A DNA stretch of 64,000 nt from an uncultured delta proteobacterium (GTDB lineage: Bacteria; Desulfobacterota; Zymogenia; Zymogenales; Zymogenaceae), in contig CAWBYW010000016.1 of NCBI GenBank assembly GCA_963792965.1, positions 266,456 to 330,455 on the forward strand. The letters are read 5' to 3'. The notes beneath the pieces were generated by a model. The model made no database searches. It was not told the DNA's origin and saw only the letters and a list, made by a program, of their open reading frames with translations. Positions within the stretch are counted from its first letter, which is position 1. Every line of letters starts with the position of its first letter. Position numbers and translations under genes: made by a program. Below, in pieces: positions 9,987 to 20,451 of this stretch.

Positions 9987-10083
9987 AGGCAGAGCTCACG
10001 TAAATGAAGGGCCCGAAAGGGCGGCCGACAAGCCGCCCCGACACGGGCGCGTACACAACTCACCGGGGCGCGTCCCAGGCTTG

Positions 10084-10506
10084 TCAATACGTAAATTTCT
10101 CGGTGTCTGAGAAGAAATAGGCGGTTTCCGTCGCCGCCGTTTCGGGTGCATCGGAGCCGTGCACGGTGTTCACCTCGATGGAGCTTCCGTATTTTTCACG
10201 GATCGTCCCCTTGTCAGCCTTCTTGGGGTCGGTGGCCCCCATGATCTGACGATTCTTAAGGATGGCGCCCTCGCCCTCGAGAATCATCACGACACACGGC
10301 CCGGAGCTCATGAAGTCGGTGAGGCTACCGTAAAAGGGCTTGTCCCTGTGGACGGCGTAAAAGCCCTCGGCCTCCCGCTTGCTCATGTGGATCATCTTCA
10401 TCGCCACGATCCTCAGGCTGTTTTCCTCAAAGCGCCTGACGACGTCACCGATGATCTTCTTCTTTACCCCGTCGGGCTTGATGATGGAAAGCGTCCGCTC
10501 GATCAT
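10084..10506 (-). CDS. ndk: nucleoside diphosphate kinase
   Basis: [23 protein letters not shown]. Confidence 0.97.
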   Translation of the reverse strand: MIERTLSIIKPDGVKKKIIGDVVRRFEENSLRIVAMKMIHMSKREAEGFYAVHRDKPFYGSLTDFMSSGPCVVMILEGEGAILKNRQIMGATDPKKADKGTIREKYGSSIEVNTVHGSDAPETAATETAYFFSDTEKFTY

Positions 10507-10811
10507 TAACTCCTCCTTTTACCGATTCAAAACCAGAATAGCGAAATTGCTGGACCAACCACGATAAAGCAAATCGAGAGGCCAGACGGGCCCGATGAGA
10601 AGGCGCGACGGGCGACAGCCCATCGCCTATAAATTATTTATTTTATCATATCTTCCCTCTATTGTCTCGCTTTTTATCGTTTGTGCCCGCATCCCGCGGA
10701 AAAACGCCTGCGTCTGCATGGAACTATTTGATTTGCCCACCGAAATATGCTCTAATACATCGCGTTTCGGCAATCGCCCGGGGCCTTTACGTTTCAATGA
10801 GGGATTCCCAC

Positions 10812-12401
10812 ATGACTCACCCGTCCGACAATGAGAGCGAAAAGAGATATACCTATCTCTTGGTGATCCTCGTCCTTTTTTTTGCCGCCCTGAGGATCCT
10901 CTACGTCCGGTTTGGACCGCTGGTCCTTGTCCAGGACGAGACCTACTTCTGGGACTGGTCGCGGAGACTTGATTTTTCCTATTTCGACCAGGGGCCGATG
11001 GTCGCCTATATTATCGCCTTCTTTACGTCGATCTTCGGCGACACCGCGCTCGGGGTGAGGATGGGCTCGATCGTCTCATACGCCGTCGCCACGGTCCTCT
11101 TCTATATCATCGTCCGGGACGTATTCAAGTCGCCGCGCGCGGGCTTCGTCACGGCGCTCGTCTTCAACCTGATACCCTCCAGCACCGCCGGGGGGATTAT
11201 CATGACCTACTACTCCCCGATGATCGTCATCTACCCCCTCTTGATCTACACGCTCTATAAGATCATCACGACCAACAGGGCCTCCCTCTGGCTTCTCGTG
11301 GGCCTCCTGCTGGGCCTGGGGCTCCTCACCCACATCATGTTCTGGTTTTACTCCTTCATGGTGGTGCTCTACGTGATTCTCTCGCCGGGGGCGCGTAAAT
11401 GGCTGTCGTCCCCCTATTTCTATCTCGGCGTGCTCGTCGCGCTGGCGCTGTCCGGCCCCGTAATATACTGGAACGCCTGCCACGATTGGGCGATGTTCAA
11501 GCACGCCTTCGGGCTGGGGGGGGTGAGCCTGGAGACGTCGTTTAATCCCCTCAAGTTCCTCGAGTTTCTCGGCGGTCAGGTAGGAGTCGTCACGCCCTTC
11601 ATCCTCGTCCCGCTTGTCTGGGTCTACTGGCTCATCATCAAGAAAGGCTTCAAAGAAAACGACGAGTTCTCCCGCATGATCCTCTACACCTCGGCCCCCA
11701 TTTTCATTCTCGTCTCATTCATGAGCCTGAGAGGCCGCTCCGAGGCCAACTGGCCGACCCTCGGTTACGTCGGGCCCTTCATCGTCTTCGGAGGATTTGT
11801 CGACGGCCTGATCGAGCGTTTGCGGGGCAAAAAGCGCCGCTGGTTCTGGATTTACACCGGCGTTACGATCTTCTTTCTCGTCTCGGTGACCCTCATCGCC
11901 TATAACTCGGGGGTCATCTGGAGACTCTCGCCCAAGACCCTCGCCCACGACCCAGACCGCGACCCCACCAACGGGCTGAGGGGGTGGGATACGCTGGGTG
12001 CCCGCGTCGGAGAGATCTACCGGGAGATGGGAGGGAGCTCGAAAGTCTTCATCTTCACGCTCGAGTACGGAGAGGCCTCCGAGCTCGCTTTCTATGTCCC
12101 GGGGCATCCCAACGTGACGACGCTGCGCTTCTGGAGGAGAAAAAGCCAGTATGATTACTGGCTGCCGGATAAGTCCTCTCTGGTCGGCAAGGACGCGATA
12201 TACGTGTTGCGGTGCAACTCGCTCAAATGCCCCGAGTCGCTGAACGCCGAGATCTCCTCATCGTTTAGGTCGGTCGCACCCCCAGAAAAGGTCATCATCT
12301 ATAAAGAGGGGACGGGCGGAAAGCAGATGCGCAAGATCTTCCTTGTCTGGCGGATGTACGGATTCTTGGGATACACCTTTCCGTCGCAGGACAGGTACTG
12401 A
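10812..12401 (+). CDS. ArnT/PMT-type (GT39/GT83) membrane glycosyltransferase
   Basis: DETYFWDWSRRLD.SYFDQGP motif, many TM helices, soluble C-terminal domain; start uncertain. Confidence 0.85.
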   Translation: MTHPSDNESEKRYTYLLVILVLFFAALRILYVRFGPLVLVQDETYFWDWSRRLDFSYFDQGPMVAYIIAFFTSIFGDTALGVRMGSIVSYAVATVLFYIIVRDVFKSPRAGFVTALVFNLIPSSTAGGIIMTYYSPMIVIYPLLIYTLYKIITTNRASLWLLVGLLLGLGLLTHIMFWFYSFMVVLYVILSPGARKWLSSPYFYLGVLVALALSGPVIYWNACHDWAMFKHAFGLGGVSLETSFNPLKFLEFLGGQVGVVTPFILVPLVWVYWLIIKKGFKENDEFSRMILYTSAPIFILVSFMSLRGRSEANWPTLGYVGPFIVFGGFVDGLIERLRGKKRRWFWIYTGVTIFFLVSVTLIAYNSGVIWRLSPKTLAHDPDRDPTNGLRGWDTLGARVGEIYREMGGSSKVFIFTLEYGEASELAFYVPGHPNVTTLRFWRRKSQYDYWLPDKSSLVGKDAIYVLRCNSLKCPESLNAEISSSFRSVAPPEKVIIYKEGTGGKQMRKIFLVWRMYGFLGYTFPSQDRY

Positions 12402-12541
12402 GTCGACCGGATGGGCTCGTCTCATCGTGAATGCCGGTCGGGTCCCTGCGTCTCTCGGCGTTTGTTGCCGACGCGGCCGGGGAAGGCCCCTTTTTCCGGG
12501 GTTCCCTTTCGGAGCACGCGAGGCGAGGTCCCACGCTGGTG

Positions 12542-13750
12542 CTATTCGTGATGGACCAGCGCGATCTTGACCGCCTTGTGTTTTCCCTTATCGAAGAAGA
12601 CGTCCACCGCGTGCCGGAAATCGGCCATCGGGAAGGTGTGGGTGACGAAACCCGAGAAGTCGAGCTTCTTCTCGCGATAGAGGGCAAGCGCCACGTCAAA
12701 CGAGGTCATCGATTTCCCCCGGAACGTTTCCTGCCCGTGGCAGTCGATGCCCAAGAGGCTCACCTCCTGGTACCAGATCGGCGAGTAGTCGAGCCTTTTC
12801 GGGGCAAAATTGATCCCGACGATCACCACCGTACCCTCCGCCCTCGCCCAGCGGAGGGCGTCCTTGATGCTGCTGTCGTTTCCGACGGTATCGTAGATCA
12901 CGTCAAAACCGCCGATGATCATCTCGTTTGAGAAGAGGCCCCGAAAGTATCTCCCGCCCGTCGCACGGGCGACCTTTTCGTATGCCTCCCCGCCGAGGAT
13001 AACGTCCGTCGCCCCGAGCCGTTTTGCCATCTCGGCCTGATGGGAGTAGCGCCCCAGCACCCAGACCTCCGCCTCGGGACAGATCGCCTTCAACACCATG
13101 ATCATATTGAGCCCGATGGCCCCGGCCCCGATCACGAGCACTTTTTCCCCCGCGGCGGGGGGCCGTTTCAGCGCGGCCCTGACGGAGCAGGCGGTCGGCT
13201 CGATGAGTATCGCGTCAAGATCCGATATCTCGTTTCCGATTTTTACCAGCTGGCTCTTGTGAACGACCATGGAGGGTGAAAAACCGCCGCCCTGGTTGGG
13301 CGGGGCTCCGTCCCACCCCGGGTTTTCACAGAGGAGGTAGTTTCCCCGCTGGCACGCCCGGCACATCGGCCGTGCCTCCTTCTGGTAGCAGCTCGGCCAG
13401 TCGATCCGGAGGATGACCCGCTGGCCCTCGGTGAACTCGCGGGCGCCCCGTCCCGCCTCGACGACTTCGCCGACCAGCTCATGGCCGAGGAATTTCCTTT
13501 TAATCGGCGGGACCGCCGCCGGGGCCACGTGCGGGTCTATCTCGAGGAACATGAAATGGATGTCGGAGCCGCACAGGCCGCACATCCGGTTTTTCACCTT
13601 CACCCAGTTGGGACCCGGGAGCGTCGGCTCGTCAACCTCAGCATATTTCACGGGGGAAAACCGTGACAACGGGGCTTTCTTATAGACGAGCGAGAGGGCC
13701 TTGGTCAGGATGATCCGTTTCATGTCACTGTCAAAATAGAGCGCTTTCAT
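12542..13750 (-). CDS. zinc-dependent medium-chain alcohol dehydrogenase
   Basis: CGSD, GHE, structural Cys cluster, GAGAIG Rossmann motif. Confidence 0.9.
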   Translation of the reverse strand: MKALYFDSDMKRIILTKALSLVYKKAPLSRFSPVKYAEVDEPTLPGPNWVKVKNRMCGLCGSDIHFMFLEIDPHVAPAAVPPIKRKFLGHELVGEVVEAGRGAREFTEGQRVILRIDWPSCYQKEARPMCRACQRGNYLLCENPGWDGAPPNQGGGFSPSMVVHKSQLVKIGNEISDLDAILIEPTACSVRAALKRPPAAGEKVLVIGAGAIGLNMIMVLKAICPEAEVWVLGRYSHQAEMAKRLGATDVILGGEAYEKVARATGGRYFRGLFSNEMIIGGFDVIYDTVGNDSSIKDALRWARAEGTVVIVGINFAPKRLDYSPIWYQEVSLLGIDCHGQETFRGKSMTSFDVALALYREKKLDFSGFVTHTFPMADFRHAVDVFFDKGKHKAVKIALVHHE

Positions 13751-13873
13751 ATGAAGACTCCACAGGGAACGGATGAGCGGCTCGGCGCCGCGAGGGGAGA
13801 GGGATACCGGTCAAACGAACGCGCACATGTGTGCGTGATCGCGGGATGGAACGAGAACGAATATTGCCGTCGA

Positions 13874-14158
13874 TTACTTCTTGAAGAGGGCCTCGAGCCG
13901 GGCCTTGGCATGATCTTTTTCACCCCCGGTGTTCTTGTCCCGCCGGGATACCTTGAACCGGAAGTAGTCGCAGAAATTATTCTGCTCCTTATCGTTTACC
14001 CATTCGCTCTGGGGCTCCCGGCATTCGTTGTAGCTTCCCCGATCATAGAAGGTGCAGTTGAGGCAGGTATGGAGGTCCGCCCCACAGGAGGCGCAGACGT
14101 CGCGCACGGAAATATAGTCGGAGATGATCGGCTCTCCGCATTTGTGACAGCGTTTCAT
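13874..14158 (-). CDS. small Cys-rich (zinc-binding) conserved protein
   Basis: CHKC, CASC, CLNC.FYD, C.E, NFCDYF, C-terminal LEALFKK. Confidence 0.75.
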   Translation of the reverse strand: MKRCHKCGEPIISDYISVRDVCASCGADLHTCLNCTFYDRGSYNECREPQSEWVNDKEQNNFCDYFRFKVSRRDKNTGGEKDHAKARLEALFKK

Positions 14159-14336
14159 AGGATTTTCGGGCTTACACCAAGATTAATTGTCTTGACCCAC
14201 AGAGCGGCGATACGTCACTAGGTGGTATCGGCGGTATCCGACGGGTTTTTGGGGTTACAGGGAGATTCATATACGAGCCGGGAAGGGATGTCAATAAAAA
14301 AATACAAAATTAATGGGCCACGGCGGGTTTAATATC

Positions 14337-14365
14337 TTGACTGATTGGTCAATCTATGTTAAGTA
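14337..14365 (+). promoter_or_regulatory. promoter of the thiolase/DUF35 operon with palindromic operator over the -35
   Basis: TTGACTGATTGGTCAA near-palindrome at 14337..14352; TTGACT-17-TAAGTA with a TG extension. Confidence 0.5.
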
Positions 14366-14661
14366 GTGTTCACGACCGGGGGAGGATAGCCGGAAAAGGT
14401 CCCTCTCCTCGCGCCGGCACGATCCGTGAATTCATATAGATCGGCCGACAGTCTGTCCTGGCTGTTCGGTGGCCGGTGGCGGCAACCCGTCCGCTCTTTT
14501 TACGAATGGCGGGGGCGCCGCGCACTATGCTCCCCGATAACGGCCACGCATCGTTACCGCGGATAACTGACGCGGGCGCGGCCCGTGGGCCGCTGTCCGT
14601 ACAACCTCTGTTCGGATTACGCAGCGTCTTTTACTCATTCACCACCAAGGGAGGTATATCT

Positions 14662-15837
14662 ATGCTTCGTAACGTAGCCATCGTAAGCGCCCATCAGACG
14701 AAGTTTGAGGCCAAAAAGGCCGACGAGCGCTTTCAGGAGATGTGCTACCCCCTGGTAAAGAAGTGCCGCCAAGACACGGGCCTCGACTTTGTCCCCGGCA
14801 GGGGGATCGATTTCGCCGTCACGTGCTCGGATGACTTCTTCGACCAGCGAACCATCTCCGACGGCCCGATGGGCGATCTTGTGGGCGCGGGACGGTGGGG
14901 CGGCGAGGAAAAGGTGGCCACAGACGGCGCGCTGGCGGTCCTGTACGCCGCCGCCGGTATCGCCTCGGGCCATTATGACGTCGTCATCGTGCTTGCCCAC
15001 GCCAAGGAGTCCCAGGTTGATTCACGCAACATCGTAACCTTTCACGCCTTCGAGCCTTTCTATACTCGATTCCTCGGTATGGACTATACGAAGGCCCTGG
15101 GCCTGCAGGCGGAGTCCTACCTAGCCAAATGGGGGATCTCCGAAGAGCAGATCGCCGCGGTTTCCGCCCGCGCCGCGAAGAACGGAAAGAACAACCCGTT
15201 CGCCCAACGTACCGGCGACTATTCCGTGGCCGATGTCATGAAGTCCAAGCCGGTGGCGACCCCCATCAAGGAGCTGGATCTCTATCCGGTCAGCGACGGA
15301 GCGGTCTGCATGATTCTGGCCGAGGAAACCAAGGCCCGTGCGCTGACCGACAAGCCCGTCTGGATCACGGGATACGGCAACTGCTATGACTCCTACTACC
15401 TCGGCGATCGTAACCTCTGGGAATCGATGAGCCTCACGCGCTCGGCAAAGAAGGCCTACCAGCTGGCGGGGATCACCAACCCCCTGGATGCCCTGGATGT
15501 CGCCGAGATCAGCGTTCAGGCAAGCTATCAGGAACCCCTCTGGTACGAGGGTCTGGGCTGGGCCGAGCAGGGAAAGGGCATGGAGCTGTTTGAGTCGGGG
15601 GCGACCGATATGAAGGGAAAACTCCCCGTCAACCCGTCCGGCGGGCAGCTCTGTGGCAACCCGTTGCTCCTCTCGGGCGCCGTCCGAACGACCGAATGTT
15701 TCAAACAACTGCGCGGCGAGGCGGGCAAACACCAGGTGAAGGGAGCAAAACGGGCGCTCGCCCACGGTGTTGCGGGGCCGGCCGGCCAGTTCCACACCGT
15801 CTTGATCCTCGAGAACGATGAGGGAGGGAAGAAATGA
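14662..15837 (+). CDS. SCP2-type thiolase-fold protein, Ltp4-like (no catalytic Cys)
   Basis: PVSDGA, LPVNPSGG, QLRGEAG.HQV.GA; EEKVATDG in place of the CAS motif; GGGAGG RBS. Confidence 0.85.
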   Translation: MLRNVAIVSAHQTKFEAKKADERFQEMCYPLVKKCRQDTGLDFVPGRGIDFAVTCSDDFFDQRTISDGPMGDLVGAGRWGGEEKVATDGALAVLYAAAGIASGHYDVVIVLAHAKESQVDSRNIVTFHAFEPFYTRFLGMDYTKALGLQAESYLAKWGISEEQIAAVSARAAKNGKNNPFAQRTGDYSVADVMKSKPVATPIKELDLYPVSDGAVCMILAEETKARALTDKPVWITGYGNCYDSYYLGDRNLWESMSLTRSAKKAYQLAGITNPLDALDVAEISVQASYQEPLWYEGLGWAEQGKGMELFESGATDMKGKLPVNPSGGQLCGNPLLLSGAVRTTECFKQLRGEAGKHQVKGAKRALAHGVAGPAGQFHTVLILENDEGGKK

Positions 15838-17001
15838 AGAAGTCACGAAACGTAGCCATCGTCGGGGTGGGCCAGACCCGACACCGCGGTCACCGGGAAG
15901 ACATCAACATGGCCGAGCTCATCTCCGAGGCGGTGGAGGAGGTGCTGACCGACTCGATGGTGGATCTGAAGGACATCGACTGCATCGTCCACGGCAACAT
16001 GGAGCTCTTTGAGGGGGCCCATCAGCCCGATATGTGGCACGTGATCGGCGACGGCGCCTACGGTAAGGCGGGCTACCGCATCACCACCGGCGGCACCACC
16101 GGCGCGACCCTCGTATCGGCCGCGGACCACCTCGTCGCCTCCGGGATGCACGATCTCGTGCTGGCCATCGGCTTTGAGAAGCAGGAAGAGGGGATGACCA
16201 CCACCGGCATCACCAACATGTCGGACGCCCTCTGGGACCGCGAAGTCCAGACCGGCGCCATCACCGGCACCACCGGCACTATCATGATGAACAAATACGG
16301 CCCCAAGGCCGAACAGGCCGCCGCGGAGCTGCGGGTCATGATGGCCACGAATGCCCGAAAGAATTTCAAGGCCCATCTTAGGATCGATATCACCAGGAAG
16401 GACGTGCTGGAATCCAGGGTCCTTGCCTGGCCGCTCAGGCTCCTTCATATGTGCCCCGAATCCAACGGGGCCTGCGCGATGCTCTTTGCCTCCGAAGAGA
16501 TGGCAAAGAAACTCCCTCAGAAACCGGTCTGGATGCATGACCACGTCACGATCCACCGGCAGGAGTTCTTCGATTTCGCCCATCTTGGGGACCTCAACAC
16601 CCACGGCGAGGCGGCGCGCATCATCTACACGCGAAACGGCATCGTCAACCCGCTCAAGCAGATCGGCGTCTTTGAGATGTACGACCCGTCCAGCTGGTGG
16701 GCGCTGGACTGGCTGGGCAACTTCCTGTTCATGGAGAACGGCGAGCAGATCGATATGGTCCTCAACGGCGATTTTGCCATCAACGGCAAGTTTCCCGTCA
16801 ACCCGTCCGGCGGTGTGGTCATCCACCAACCCGATCGGCGCCACCGCCATGATCCGGGTGGCCGAGGCGGCCCTCCAGATCCGGGGCGATGCGGACGAAC
16901 ACCAGGTCCCGCACGACGTGAACCTCGCGCTGGCCTCGGGGTTTGGGGGCACTTTCTGGACGGTCCTTCACCTGCTGGGGAAGGAAAAGCCAAACGCATA
17001 A
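15834..17001 (+). CDS. SCP2-type thiolase-fold protein, Ltp3-like (frameshift near 16821)
   Basis: RITTGGTTG, CPESNGA, EMYDP, PVNPSGG; the C-terminus STNPIGATAMIR...QIRGDA.EHQV continues in another frame. Confidence 0.85.
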
Positions 17002-17019
17002 GGAGAAAAAGGAGACACT

Positions 17020-17496
17020 ATGGCTACGAAAACCGATAAAGAGGGGCGGGAACTCGTCGAGATCCGTTACGAGATGGCGATCCCCGGCACCTTCTCCAAG
17101 GGACCCATTATGGGCTATTTCCTTGAAAAACTGAAAGACAAGGAGCTGTGGGGGACCCGCTGCGGCAAATGCTACAACACCATCTTCCCGCCCCGGATCA
17201 TCTGCCCCAAGTGCATGGTGGAGATGGCCGAGTGGGTCAAGATGGAAGACTACGCCCACATCGTCACGTTTGACGTCGTCCACTTTCCGACCATCAATCC
17301 GCTGACCGGGGAGATGCGCCCGGTCCCCTATACGTCGCTCTTCATGGTCTTTCCCAACGGGGCCGGGTTTTTCCACTTCTGCCTTGAGCATGACCCCGCC
17401 AAGCTGAAGCCGGGGAAGAAGGTCGTGCCGGTCTGGGCAGAAAAGCGGGAGGGCCGCCCCTCGGACCTGTTGGGCTGGGTCCTCACCGAAGAATAG
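17020..17496 (+). CDS. DUF35 zinc-ribbon/OB-fold acyl-CoA-binding protein
   Basis: GTRCGKC....FPPR..CPKC followed by an OB-fold; adjacent to the thiolases. Confidence 0.88.
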   Translation: MATKTDKEGRELVEIRYEMAIPGTFSKGPIMGYFLEKLKDKELWGTRCGKCYNTIFPPRIICPKCMVEMAEWVKMEDYAHIVTFDVVHFPTINPLTGEMRPVPYTSLFMVFPNGAGFFHFCLEHDPAKLKPGKKVVPVWAEKREGRPSDLLGWVLTEE

Positions 17497-17508
17497 GAGG
17501 TAGATGAC

Positions 17509-17988
17509 ATGTACACATCGGAAAAACTTCCGTTGGATCAAAAATATTGCGGCGGTAAGCGGGGCCTCATGAGCATACCCTACCGCTACTATGCCGGGCT
17601 CTTTCTGAGCAAGGCCCTCATCGCGCTGAGGGACCAGAAGAAGATCCTCGGCTCAAAGTGCGAGCGCTGCGGCAAGATCTATATCCCGCCGCGCTCCCGC
17701 TGCGAGCGGGATTTCTCGAAGATCACCGAGATGGTGGTCGTGGGGCCTGAGGGGACGGTGGAGGAGTTCACCGTGGTGCACTACGACGAGCCGTACTTCC
17801 TGGAGAAGTGCGAGAAGATGATGAAGGCCCCCTTCACGATGGCCCTCATCAAGCTGGACGGTGCCGACACGAAGCTGCTTCACCGGGTCAAAGGCGATAA
17901 GGTCAAACGTGGCGACCGCGTCAAGCCCAAGTGGGCCGACGAGCGCACGGCGATGATCACGGACATCGAATATTTCGAGAAGGCGTAA
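17509..17988 (+). CDS. DUF35 zinc-ribbon/OB-fold acyl-CoA-binding protein
   Basis: GSKCERCGK.YIPPR..C, GTV..FTVV, ALIKLDGADT.LLH, DIEYF. Confidence 0.9.
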   Translation: MYTSEKLPLDQKYCGGKRGLMSIPYRYYAGLFLSKALIALRDQKKILGSKCERCGKIYIPPRSRCERDFSKITEMVVVGPEGTVEEFTVVHYDEPYFLEKCEKMMKAPFTMALIKLDGADTKLLHRVKGDKVKRGDRVKPKWADERTAMITDIEYFEKA

Positions 17989-18011
17989 GGAAAAAGCTAA
18001 AGAACCCATCG

Positions 18012-18048
18012 GGGCGTCTATAGTCGTACTATAGACGCCCTTTTTTTT
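18012..18048 (+). terminator. intrinsic terminator
   Basis: 12-bp stem GGGCGTCTATAG/CTATAGACGCCC plus T8. Confidence 0.9.
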
Positions 18049-18511
18049 CGTGTGGGGCTATTGTCTTTCCTAAGAAGAATGATAGAATTATAATCGTCCC
18101 AGAACTGATACTGGGGCCTTTTCGGGCGCTACCGACAATCGATAAGTTTTCGGCGCTTCGAGGAGATAGATCACCGAAGAGGCTTTGTTAATGGTACCCT
18201 TCTTCACTCTCGCGACGCGCTGTATCAGTGAAAGGAGCGTCTCTCCCGGATGTGTGAGATGACCGGTGTATCGACTTTCCTGAGTCTGTCCGAAAGAAAG
18301 GGGGCGTTGCGATCGCCTGCGGCCTCCGAAATACTCCGTTTTCGGACCCTTCCCCCTCCAAAAAGGGGGTTAATTAAACCCCCTTGACAGAATATTAAAT
18401 AGTTAGAAAATAAACTATTCATATCCTATACCATATTCACTATTGTATATTCTATAGTTATACTATTGTAGATACTTGTTACTATACCACCGCGTTTCGG
18501 AGGCGGTCAGC

Positions 18512-20290
18512 ATGGAACAGAAAGCCATCCAGATACTCCTCGTCGAAGACGACCCGGGTTACGCACGCCTCATCACCGAGATGAGCAAGGGCGTTAAGGG
18601 GGCCGAGCTTGTCATGAGACATGCCGGCCTCCTCATGGAGGGGATCAATATCCTCGCCGAACAAAAAATCGACGTGGTCCTCCTGGACCTGACCCTGCCC
18701 GACAGCGAAGGCCTCGACACTTTTCTGAGGATAAAGGGAATGGTCCCGGAGACCCCGATCGTCGTGTTGACGGGGCGTGAAGACGAAAAGCTCGCGCTGA
18801 CGGCCGTTAGGGAGGGGGCGCAGGACTACATATTCAAGACCGAGATGCGGCCGCCCATCCTGATCCGGTCGCTTCGCTATGCCGTCGAGCGCAAGCGCGC
18901 CCAGGAGGCTCTCAAACGGGCCCACGATCTGCTCGAGGTCAAGGTGAAGGAGCGCACCGCCGAGCTCGAGACGGCCAACAAGAGACTCAAGGCGGAGATC
19001 GAGGAAAAAAAGCGGGCCGAGGAGGCCCTGAAAGAGAACGAGAATCTCTTTCGGGCCACGATCGAGTCGACCGGCGACGGGATCTTCGTCGTCAACGAGA
19101 ACGGGGAAGTCACCCACAAGAACGCCCGCTTCGCCGAGCTCTGGCGTGTGCCCGAGGACGTGCTCAACACCAACAACGACGGCACGCTGCTGGCCTTTTT
19201 CCTCGGCAAGCTCGAAGACCCCGAGGCCTTTCTTTCCAGCGCCCACGGCCTCTATCACACGACGAAAGAATCCCGAGATACACTCAGGCTCAAGGACGGC
19301 CGTTTCTTTGAGCGGCGCACCTGCCCCCTCATTCGCAGCGGGTCATACGCGGGCCGGGTCTGGAGCTTTACCGACATCACCGACCGCGCCCGATCGGAAA
19401 AGGGCCTCAGGGAAAGCGAGGAGCGGTTCCGGGGGATCGCCGAGAGGAGCTTCGACATCATCTATGAAACCGACCGGGAGGGCGTCTTCACCTACGTCTC
19501 CCCGGCGTTCGAGAGGCTGCTCGGCCGCGCGCCAAACGAAATCGTCGGCACGGCGCTGACCGATTTGGCGCCGGCACCGGAGCAGCCACGGGCCATCCGG
19601 TGGATGACCGGCATACTGGGCGGAACGAGCGCAGAGGCCTTTCAGATCGAGCTCGTCAAGAAAGACGGCGCGACCGCCACGTTTGAGATCAACGCGTCGC
19701 CGATCTACAAGAACAAGGAGACGGTGGGGAGCCAGGGGATCTGCCGGGACATCACGGAGCGAAAGGTGATGCAGGAGCGGGTCCTGGTCCAGTCACAGAC
19801 GGACGGCCTCACGGGCCTGTTCAATCAGCGGCACTTTTTCAAGATGATCGAGAACGAGATGAAGCGCGCCAAACGGATACCCTATCCCCTCTCGTTGATG
19901 ATGCTGGACGTCGAAAATTTCGGCACCTTCAACCAGACCAACGGCAGGCGGCGGGGCGATGAGCTCCTCAAGGAGCTGGGCGCCGTTATCCGGCGGTGCA
20001 TCAGGAAGGACCTCGACATCGCCTGCCGGTACGGAGGGGACGAGTTCGCAATAATCCTCCCCAATTCGGAGAAAGACCAGGCGCTCTCTGTGGCGCGCCG
20101 CATCCAGGAGCGGGCGACCCGCAAGCTCGGCGGCATCGAGGTCAAGGTCGGGATAACCAGCTTAGACGGTGCCCTCTCGCCCGACGCCTTCATCTCCGAG
20201 GCCGAACGGGCGATGAAGCTCCAGACCGTCTTCAGCAAGAAGAAGGCGGCTCAGGAAGCCGCCGCTCCCCGGAAGACCCAGGAAGGATAG
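18512..20290 (+). CDS. REC-PAS-PAS-GGDEF diguanylate cyclase response regulator
   Basis: LLVEDD/LLDLTLPD/GAQDY receiver, two PAS-PAC repeats (DITDR, RDITER), DGLTGLFN, RYGGDEF. Confidence 0.9.
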   Translation: MEQKAIQILLVEDDPGYARLITEMSKGVKGAELVMRHAGLLMEGINILAEQKIDVVLLDLTLPDSEGLDTFLRIKGMVPETPIVVLTGREDEKLALTAVREGAQDYIFKTEMRPPILIRSLRYAVERKRAQEALKRAHDLLEVKVKERTAELETANKRLKAEIEEKKRAEEALKENENLFRATIESTGDGIFVVNENGEVTHKNARFAELWRVPEDVLNTNNDGTLLAFFLGKLEDPEAFLSSAHGLYHTTKESRDTLRLKDGRFFERRTCPLIRSGSYAGRVWSFTDITDRARSEKGLRESEERFRGIAERSFDIIYETDREGVFTYVSPAFERLLGRAPNEIVGTALTDLAPAPEQPRAIRWMTGILGGTSAEAFQIELVKKDGATATFEINASPIYKNKETVGSQGICRDITERKVMQERVLVQSQTDGLTGLFNQRHFFKMIENEMKRAKRIPYPLSLMMLDVENFGTFNQTNGRRRGDELLKELGAVIRRCIRKDLDIACRYGGDEFAIILPNSEKDQALSVARRIQERATRKLGGIEVKVGITSLDGALSPDAFISEAERAMKLQTVFSKKKAAQEAAAPRKTQEG

Positions 20291-20451
20291 TCCATCAACC
20301 CACATACGGCCGGTTTTGGACCCGGGAGGGGGGAAACGGCCGCATGTTCGAGTCGCTCCGCCGAGCGCGGGGGCCCTTCATGTCACCGATTCCGCGCTAA
20401 ACGAACTCTACCCTGGAAGGCGTGTCGGCCGTCGTCAAGAGGCATGCGGGG

